A stretch of 64,000 nucleotides of DNA from assembly GCA_951406725.2 (NCBI GenBank), contig OX597818.1:25234001-25298000 (forward strand), read 5' to 3'. The translations under genes and the position numbers were made by a program. The stretch is from Octopus vulgaris. Lineage: Eukaryota. The notes beneath the pieces are model-generated. The model was not told the DNA's origin, made no database searches, and saw nothing but the letters and a program-made list of their open reading frames with translations. This document shows, piece by piece, positions 54,181 through 64,000 of this stretch; positions within the stretch are counted from its first letter, which is position 1, and each line of letters begins with the position of its first letter.

Positions 54181-57100
54181 TATGTATATCTGTGAGTCCC
54201 CCCCCCAACATACTTTGTGGTATTATACATACTGAATTATTACCTGAGTATTTAGGAGTGGAGGATGAAGTTGTTAGTCCCTTGTCCAATTTCGTAGAGG
54301 GTCAAGTGCTGCTTTTTTGTCTGGCTCTCCCAGTACAAAGTTTTACCAATATTTAACTCACATGCACATGCACACAAAAAGTATATTTCAAAATATTCCA
54401 AATAATATTGCTAGTTATGTAAGATCAAGCACTTTCTGCAGATATCCAAAGTAAGCGTGAAAGTGAATAGTACAGATCATTTCAATAAATAGTATTAAAA
54501 AAACCCGGTAGTTTAAAAAAAAGGAATCTAATAAGCAAATCTTAATCCCTTTTTAATCTGTGGCCTTGCAAATAAAAACTGGGTATTTGTCATAGCCAGC
54601 TTAATATGAAAATAGCTTTCACTTGTCATACCAGATCTCTTTTAATTAAACATCCAAGACTTTGTTTTATTATTTTGGATGTGGAGGAGCAAATTAATGA
54701 TACATAAATGTAATTCATAATTCAACATCTTTTTGGTATGCTTAAAAGATAAATTCTCAAGGTATTATTATTGCATGAATTTTTTGAAAAATATTCATAT
54801 AAAGTAATTACTTGAGGTGTGTCCTTTTGAAAATAAGAACAAGAATATTTCATTTATATCTCATCAGAACAATTACTATAAATAAAAATATTGATAGTTA
54901 TGGGTAAATTCAAGTCTTTTATGGTAGTGCAGGGCTGGGCTTTATTACAAGAACACTTTTACTGTAGTGAATTTATTGGATAATATTTATAGTTTGTTTT
55001 ATGGATGCACATACCATCTTACTGAAGGGAGTTTTAAAATGTTTAAGAAAAAAAAAAAAATTTAAGATAAACATTTAAAGTAGCTGAGTTATTTTTAATC
55101 TTGTTTAAATATGATTTTATTGTCTTAAGATGGAAATTAAATTTTGTTTTCCTAAAAACCATTGTTTAAAGTTTTCACCATGGTTATTTAAGTATGTTGT
55201 GCTACCTATATTACATATATTACAGAAAGATGGAAAAAAATTTATGTACTTCTACCACTGGAAACAGATTACTTCTTTCTTTAAGCAAATACAGTAATTA
55301 TGAGACATGTAACACTGTATAGGAATGAGACTTTGGCTGTGCATGCAGAAGACCCAAAGTGATTAGAAAAGAATGATCTGATGGATATGTAACACTAACT
55401 TCTGAAATGATGCTTGTACTTCTTACCTAGGAGAAATGAGAAGATGCCTATGCATCAACAGTATCTGGAGGTGTATGTAGATAAATCAGCTGTAGTTTGG
55501 GCATGTGAAGCAAATAGATGGGTTACACTTTGGTTGAAAGGTAATATGTTTAGTAGTAGAGATGCACTATGGAAAATTTGGGTAGTTGTGACTGGGACAG
55601 GCATAAGAACAGTTCCTTAATATGTTGAAAATTGTTTTAGTGGAAATTTGTCCAATCCTTTCCAGCCTGTAAAAAAAACAAAACAAAAAAGCAGATTGCA
55701 TGTAACCCATGCTAGCATAGAAAAATGAACATTAAAACAAATGTATTGTGAAGATAAATTGTTTAATTAGCACAGCAAAATAACAGTTTGTATCACAAAT
55801 GGATGGACATTGGATTTTAAATTAAAAATGCTCACTATATTCAAAACAGAATAGTAAAAACTTAGACAGAAACACTGTGAACTATACAGGCATAGTTTTT
55901 AGTACATACAATTGCTATAATTATGGATATTGTTTTTATGCAAAATGTTACTAGTTTTGTGACTGTTGTGATAGTAGTTTATAATTTCAGATCGTTAAAT
56001 CCTGATTTATCTTCTCCACTTTCATTCTCATTCAGCAAAATGTAATCTTGACATTTAACTTTTTACTTTACCTTAAGGTACTAATTTCCTGTTAGCTGTT
56101 TCATCTTTTCAAAAGTTTTATCGGTTTATGAAACATTCTTCTTCATGAATTAAGTGCTCTTTGTTCGTTTTTTTTTTAACTTGTTAGTGGCTTGGAGTAA
56201 GTTGTTTTTGAAGAATGTCTCACTATCTTCTATATTTTAAGTTGACTATTTGTTTCTTTTAACCTTAACAGGAAATGGTTCTTGTTCATGGAAAATGACT
56301 TTTCAGTTTCCATATTCTTTTCCAAGTTAAATTATATTGTTTTGCCTTAAAGTGTAAAAGTCTGTGTCGTAGATGACAGGGACAACTTTGTCTTTTTAAC
56401 CAGTTTTCTTTTTTCTGTAGTTAGGTTGGTCCTGACATTTACATAGCTTTCAATGTTTCTGGCAAGTATGCGCTAAGTTGGTGATTTGATTTTTATAGAT
56501 TTGTTGTAGATATTTCATGAGCTTCAAGTCTTCAATTTTATAACATTGCCTCCAGGTAAACCTGCTTATCCATTCGGTTACTTCTAGACACTACCAATAA
56601 ATCCTTTTAGATTCTTTCTTGTTGGAGATGTCCAAGTTCTGTTTGGTCCTCAGATGAACATATTATAGGTTTTTACCATCTTTGTTCTTCAAGTTCTTTA
56701 AAACCACCAAGATCTAGAAAAGCACTTATGTAACTCATCTGTTTCATCTACAGTTACATTAAATTTTTTTCATGTGCTTCTATCTCAAGCTTACATAGAA
56801 CACTAATAAATAACCTCAATATATCAATATTCATGCAATTTTATTTGCTTGTTGCAAATTTTCTTAAACTGCTCTTTTTAGCAGCTAACAGAAATTTCTT
56901 TGCAATTTCATTGGAACTACTCACTATAGTTAAAAGCAAAAAATATGCTTTGCACATGCAAAAATGTGAAACTCTGAAAATCACATTCTCTAATCATTAA
57001 TGGTGTGTACATGTGCATGCATGCATGTTCTCTTGAGTGTGAGGAAAAGCATGTTTTCAGCATCCCCCTTTCTGTAGAAATATTACTTTTATTTATAGCA

Positions 57101-58155
57101 GTTGTTCTGATGGTTTTTGTTCTTGTTTTGCACCAGCTTTTCAATGAAAACAGCCTAATTCTGAAAATCAGACTTTTTATTTGAATTGCCAGAGCAGCTG
57201 TTTTATGGCTAAATATTCAATTCAACAGTGAATTTAGAATGCTACTTAGTCTTCAGTTAAATAAATAGTCAAGTCAAATAATGTTTTGTGAAAAGGAAGG
57301 TCATGATTTAATGCCTGGAGCAGGTATTAGATATATAACTTAAAGCTTTGGTGTATGTTTATATGCAAACACGGTTTCATTTATGCACACACATATATGC
57401 ATATTTTTATATCAAGTTTGAATGGTTTAGTCAGTATATAACCCACCTGGTTAATGTCTCTGCAAACATTTTTCTCATTTCAATATATAGATACAAAATA
57501 CACATACACACATGCGCACATGATTGCATATACACTAACTTGCACATGCTTCACCACTAAGATCATGTGCCGATATACAATAAACATGCATGTGCAAATG
57601 TGTATGATACAAGTATTACACTTGATAATATTTTCTTATGAAAATAAATGGATATAAAATTTATTGGCTTTCATGAAACCAAATTTAGTTTCTTCCTTGA
57701 CATTGTTGCCAAGTCACACTCCCAACCCGAGAAAGACCTAAAAGGTCCTCTTGAATTAGTAGTATATGTTGGGATACCAGTATCAATGATTTATCAGAGA
57801 ATGAAATGAATTTTGCTGTCTGAAAGAATTGTGGGAATGTTTTGTATTTCTTACTCTGAATTCATACTTACATTCTGTACTTCAAATATGCTGATTTTCA
57901 GGTAAATTTTCACATAATCTCACATGAACAGTGAATTTACAGAAATAGTGATACTAAACGCATTACAATATTTACCTTAATCTTTGTTAGATGGAGTTCA
58001 GATATCACTGTTTGTATCAACTTTGTATTTCATTCCTCAAGGGTTGGTAAAATAAGTTCTAATATTATCCCAGAATCCTATCTCTTAAATCAGTTGCCTG
58101 GGCGCATAGCCATAAAGCTTCATTATTAATGTATAAATTGAGAATTACTATAATA

Positions 58156-58735
58156 AACTAGATAAGCACTCGGAGAGCACAGACCTCCACCCAGCAGCTC
58201 ATTTCCACCCATATACTCGCATGCTGAAAATTGCCCAATTTCCCAAACCAATGCTTGCAAAAACATAACCTCCTTGGCAGGGTTAAAAAAAATAACACAG
58301 CCATATGATTTTTAAAAAAACCCCTTTAAAAACAGGAATCATCTGAAGCAGTTATAATACATCACTGACAACAGCAAGCTAGTTTCACCATACTACTTAA
58401 AGAAACAACAATTACCTAAAACTTGAGTGGTACACACACACACAACGTGAGTAAAATTACTAATAGAGAAATGAAAATATACTTTGGAAACAGCAACGCC
58501 ACCATAGGTTACGTTGAGGGAGATAATCAAAGAATGTAACATTGTAATACTTCATGTAAAGTAAACATAACAAATGAAAAATCCTTCAAGAATCCATAAA
58601 AATTCCCGGATCATTACCAACTTTTCCTGCAAGTTTCATCAAATACTGTTCACAACGTTTTGAGTTATTTTGCACACAGACAGACAGACAAACCAACGCC
58701 AATGGAAACATAACCTCCTTCCTTGGCAGAGGTAA
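58156..58735 (-). mobile_element. HINE/Helentron-type non-autonomous element
   Basis: The minus strand starts TTACCTCTGCCAAGG..GGAGGTTATGTTT, has a (GTCT)n tract, and ends GGTGGAGGTCTGTGCTCTCCGAGTGCTTATCTAGTT. A second copy of the start motif lies at 58262-58284. Confidence 0.65.
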
Positions 58736-59233
58736 AAAAATTACTAAAGATGTACATAAAGCAGGTATTGTTTTATGTACATCTAAAGTTTGTAACAAAA
58801 TTTTAATGGCTGATAATTTTCTGGTGTTAGGAAAAGAAATTTGGATGTGACAATCAAAATTTAGTGCAAATCATAACATTTTTCATTATATTAAGTTTTT
58901 GTTTATGGACTAGACAACAGATTGAGCTGGTTGAAAATTAGAGCTTAGATAACATGTTGTGAGACCCCAGCTGAGATTTGAACCAGTCTAAAACCACCAA
59001 GTATTATGTTTCAATTAAGTAAAAATTGTTGCCTTAAAAAGTATTAATATTCATGCAAACATGGCTGACTTGTTAGGGTTGAGGAGGTAATCTTGAAAAA
59101 AACTGAGTTTTCCCATCAAACAGTTTGTTTGAAGATTCTAAGAGGATTTAACAACAATTAAAGGACTGGTGAATCCCGCCTAACCAGAGCCCTACTTAAT
59201 CACTTGGTCTCTCTTTTATTCTTTCACTTTTAA

Positions 59234-60886
59234 CCCCTTCCAGATAGATTTAGCACTGACAGTCTGTGCTGTGTATCAGTACTAGGCCATTCAGTAACTA
59301 CATAATTTTTCATACAAGAATTTTTGTGTTTTTACAGATTCTTTTCAATGTGGTATGTTTGAAATTACAGTGCTACAGAGAGTGAGACATTGCACTACTC
59401 ACAGTTTGTTTCTTTTCATACACTGCACTGCGTACAAAGAACACATCTGATTAGTCATGGTCTCCTCTCTAATAGGGGAAATAATGGGAAAAATGTCTCC
59501 TTGTCAACCTTGCTGGACTGGGTAGAGCAGATGACCGGCCTTGTGGTATATACCCTTCAGGATGGTGATTGTTACACACCTCTTTGATCAGTGTTAGTTG
59601 AAAATCAAGAAATTGACTTCCATAAACTTCAATGTAAGGAAGGCATTGACCAAACAAAGACTACCTTTGAATTTCCAAAGAGATTCATCAGTAGCAACAT
59701 CCTGGTCTGGAATATACACAGTTTTGAACTGTTCAGTCAGAATATCAGTGACTGGCCACAGTTTGAACAGTCAGTTGTCATCTTCAAAATAGTTTTGTTG
59801 TAGTGCAGATTGTGTAAAATCTGCTTGAACCGATCACAAGGCATTATGTGATGAAAAAATGTCTACAAAACTGGGTTCCTGGTCATATCCAGTTTGGGAT
59901 ACAGGCTCATCAGTATCACTAAAGGCAGAAATAAGTCCAATTCATCGGGCGTGATATCTACTCATTTTCTGGAGTGACTTTGCTGAGTAGGGTAATGATT
60001 GGACGTGGTGTATTGATTTGTCGCAGTGCAAATGTGTTTGATAGGAGTCCTGGCATCATGAAAAGTCTCAGAAAATGGAGTGGTGTGGTCAATGCATCCA
60101 CATTGGGGACTTATTCTGGGCTACTCCATGAATCCATTGCTTCTGGAAATTTTCCTTCTTCATCCAGCATATAGTTTCACTGGTATCGTAAGAGCTCCCA
60201 GCATACACAGCCAGTGGTTCGTCCGAATCCAAGGATGAACTACTATCTCTGTTCCTGCTGGCTGTAGTGGTTCATCATCACTCTCACTGTTGGATTCTTG
60301 GTAGTCACTCTCTGGGCTCAAATCATAATCTGACTTCTCATCATTATCATCATGACAGGAACACTTGATGCTGGTTCCTTGTGCTTCTGAACTTCACGTT
60401 TTGGAGGAATACCGATTGTGAGAAAATTCATAAAAAGTTGAATAGCAACATTCATGCTTTTACAGATCACTTTGGTTTGTGAAACTGAGCCGAAGTATTA
60501 TTCACTTTTGTAAGCTTCTGAACAGAAGTAATATTCACTTTTTCACACTAACAACTGAGATACACGTGACTACACATCAATCACATACATATAACTTCAT
60601 CTGTGATCTTCACATAACAATAACCAAAAAAAACAGCTTATCCAAAATTCCAACCAGAGAAGTAGGTTGTGTCCATATGTATCATCCACTGTTATCAGAA
60701 ATTCCAAACAAAAATGTAGGTTGTAGCCGTAGCCACCATCCGCTGTAATCAGAAATTTGTAACAGAAATGTAGGCTGCAGCCACTGCTGCTATGCAGCTG
60801 TACACTAATGCAGTGATGGCCTCCACTGTCATCCAGCCACATGCAGTATGTCAATGTGGCCAGTATTGCTTCCCGTCTCCAAGGGG
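59234..60886 (-). mobile_element. Internally deleted, decayed piggyBac
   Basis: TTAA TSDs at 59230-59233 and 60887-60890, and CCCCTT/AAGGGG termini. The minus strand gives FFHHIMPCDRFKQILHNLHY, ATDESLWKFKG and a C-terminal RCVLC..KET..CNVSLC. Confidence 0.88.
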
Positions 60887-61299
60887 TTAAGTAACGTGCT
60901 TATGTTGTAGCTGACAAAAGTTACTTTTACTTGTGGTATCCAGTAACACAATTATATGTAATGATCCATTTCCTTGCACTGATCTTCATTACATTATCCA
61001 GCAAATTATATATAGAAGGTTTCTAACATTATGTTCTGTGAACATTGATTCATTAATTTAGTGAATGTAAATGTGTTAATATGATGCAAATTAATAAAGT
61101 ATTTGGTAACTCAAATTTTAATTTGGTCATTGTCCACATACACACAACCTTCCTAACCTGTGAACAGCCTAAGAATATATGACTAACCACCCCAGTGAAA
61201 TCATATAGCATTGATAACAACAATATGACTTAGCAGATGTGCATTTGGTCAAATAGCCAAAGAATACATGAATACCAGTTCATAAAATTTTTTAATTCT

Positions 61300-62190
61300 C
61301 ATGTTTTGTCAAGGTTTCACTGTACACAATTTCTATAGAAATTCTTTCTTCATTATTTCCCCTGCTTGTTAATCTGTGTGACTTTGTTCATATCCAATAA
61401 TTTTCAAGCACTAGAAAAAGATACATATAGTTTTTCATGGCTGAACACTGGCTATGGTATATGTATCCTTACTTTATTAAAAGTCTGACCTTGTGTTACA
61501 TTCATAGTCATAGAACATGATAAGCATAGTGGAAATTGGATCCTTTCCATTTTAAATGGTAAATTTGTGTGGCTTGGTTTCAGTCTAATTATAGATATTA
61601 ACACTCATAATCAAGTTATTTTTCCTAGCTTCAATAGTTAAGGACCTTGATTCTGGTTCCATTTTAAAGTTCTTGTTGCATCATAACTGCTCCAATTTTC
61701 AGACTTAGAATGTGTGGTGGCATTGCAGAGGATGTGAATAAGCTCACAGTAGAGGAGTGTTCAGCTTGTAGTTGATTGTCACTATTGAAACCTGTTGTTT
61801 GCAAGATAATCTGTTTTTGGGTGGGAGAATTACACCTTATAGCTTCTCTTCCTATGTTGCATTATGAATAGATCAACTATTGATCCTTCAACACATAATG
61901 TCACTTATTTTCACATTATCATTGGAAAATGGCTTTCTTTTACTGAAGCAGTTTCATTTCCAATTTGAAGTAACCAGTTTGCCAAGTCACTTGGCTGTTT
62001 AGTGGCGCGCAAATTTTGAGATTGCTGATATTCTTTGAAATGTGGTTAGCAAGTTCTTGTGACCAGCAGAAGTATAGGCAAAATTTATCCGAAGTCTTCA
62101 TCTTGTAGGGCAATTTTGCTTCTAAAAAAATTGTCTGAAGGGGAATTTTTCTGGATCTCTTAGGCTAACTGTGGACACATAGCTAATTAC
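61300..62190 (-). mobile_element. Helitron PIF1-type helicase C-terminal remnant
   Basis: LANWLLQIGN, ILPPKN, PSAMPPHILSLKIGA, NGTRI, IQFPLCLSCSMTMNVTQGQTF, PVFSHEKLYVS and IVYSETL, with stops. Confidence 0.85.
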
Positions 62191-62312
62191 ATTGTGATTT
62201 ATTTTTATTCATATCTGCTTCCTATTTCTTTCACTAAATATATAAGAGGGAGTACATAAGATTATATATGTTTACTTTATGACTATTTAGTTTAAACTAT
62301 GCAGTTAAAATA

Positions 62313-63711
62313 TCGGGTCATTAAGAATGAAATGTCTGATTTTCTTACACACCAATTTTGACAGGTGTTAACTCTAATGTTTGATTCTGATAATTCGTTG
62401 TTTTACAATATTGAAGAGTTACATCACTTTTCAAAATGTAACTCATGGTTTCTAATTATATTGTGAGTTTTCTCTTGTAAATCAATTTTTTTAACCCATG
62501 GATTGATAAAAAATTTGTGTTTATGATTATGAGTTCCATCATGGAGCCAATGCATCCCGGACAACTTGAAACATCAGTGTGGTGTTTGGTGAAGATGTGG
62601 CAAATGAGCACACTGTACATCGATGGTTTGAGAAGTTCGAGTCTGGGGACTTCATTCTTGAAAATCAGCCCCGTGGTAGACCTGAGACCGAGGTGATAAT
62701 GGTGAGCTGGAAACTGCAGTGGAAGCGGATACATCTTTATGCATGAGTTAGCAGCAAGGTTTGATGTTTTGATTCCAGCAGAACAAGTGGGTACCACATG
62801 AACTGAACAAACATCAGATGACATGTCGTTTTGAAATTTGCAGTGGTAGCAGATACATCTCAAACTATGTGTGAGTTAGCAGCAAGGTTTGATCTTTCGA
62901 TTCCAACTGTATTGAACAATTTGAAACAAATCGTCAAGGTAAAGAAGCTGGACAAGTGGGTACCACATGAACTGAACAAGCATCAAATGACATGTCATCT
63001 TGAAATTTGCTGTTCTTTACTGTCATGGCATAAAAGTGAACCATTTTTACATCATATTGTTACGTGTGATTAAAAATGGATTCTTTTCAACAATAGCAAG
63101 CATTCTGCATGGTGGTTGGATAGACGAAGTGCCAAAACACAATCCAAAAAAGAATATTCATCAAAAAAAGCTAATGGTGTCTGTTTTGTGGTCCAGCACT
63201 GGTGTCAGCCACTATTGCTTCATGAGACCTGATAAGTCAATTACAGCAGATGTATACATCAACCAACTGGATGAAATGATGAGTGAACTTGGCAATTAAA
63301 CAACCGAGACTGGTCAATAGAGACAAGCCAATTCTCTTGCAAGACAATGCTCAACCACATGTTGCACAAAGAACGCTACTCAAGTTACAGCAACTGAACT
63401 TGGAAGTACTCTGTTATCCACCATATTCACCACCAGGCATTAGATAACATTTTGCAAGGAAAAAACTTCAAATCTGAAGAAGATATGAAAACAGCCTTTT
63501 GTGATTTCATCACCTCTTGCTCTCCAGAATTCTTCACTACTGGCATAAAAAAAATAACCGATAAAATGGCAAAATTGTGTTGATAATTTTGGTGCATTTA
63601 GCTGCATTGCTTTTTTAGGTGTATATTTTGATTAACTGCATTGCTTTTTGTTGGGGTAAAGTAAAATAAACTTTTAGTTCAAAATCAGACATTTCATTTT
63701 TAATGACATGA
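62313..63711 (+). mobile_element. Decayed mariner transposon with both TIRs
   Basis: ~30-bp TIRs (TC..GTCATTAARAATGAAATGTCTGATTTT) flanked by TA. Transposase motifs KKLDKWVPHEL, IVTCD, LQDNAQPH and YPPYSP, with frameshifts. Confidence 0.93.
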
Positions 63712-64000
63712 TAGTATTACAGTTGTGTTGAGCTTCAATGGCTTGATGAACTTTTCTTCTTTGAAAGTACATCATTAATGATCTTAAAAGTTGATGTATA
63801 CTCTGTAAGCTATGTGACAAACATCTTCAGTAGGAAGCTTATATCTATAAGTAAGATATGGCTTTATTTCATCTTACTGAACTTGCAACTTCATTTCTCT
63901 CTCAAAGTTATCTGTAACAGCTGGCACAAAGATAGCTAGATCATTGTAAGTATCTAAAAGAAACACATCCGTGTCTTTTGTAAATGTATTTTAAAGACAT

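Noticed and set aside
59338-59352. 15-nt microexon-like signal tttttacag|...|gtatgt
   Set aside because: It lies inside the piggyBac remnant and is likely fortuitous.

Overview
AT-rich animal genomic DNA, most consistent with an octopus or other coleoid cephalopod (inferred from the RTE, CR1 and tRNA-SINE repertoire and the very large TA/TG microsatellite fields). I recognise no intact host protein-coding gene. The long ORFs are microsatellite artefacts or decayed transposon ORFs. The window holds RTE LINE 3' ends with (GAT)n tails, a BovB-like RTE, CR1/L2 fragments, a HERO-type RLE remnant, a gypsy gag fragment, two tRNA-derived SINE families, a hAT MITE, Helitron/HINE pieces, and a piggyBac and a mariner bounded by TIRs. 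A CpG-retaining domain (~21-37.5 kb) starts at a candidate promoter and non-coding first exon (~21.4-21.77 kb). The most notable signals are RNA-structural. (1) Two unrelated inverted-repeat elements (28.2 kb and 43.8-44.6 kb) each carry a pair of outward-facing minimal type-I hammerhead motifs of Penelope type, one with an intact core. (2) RTE 3' UTRs carry tandem arrays of a predicted H-type pseudoknot. (3) A non-autonomous RTE derivative has a three-way junction of hammerhead-like topology but non-canonical core at its 5' end. All structures were read by eye and none has been computed or tested.
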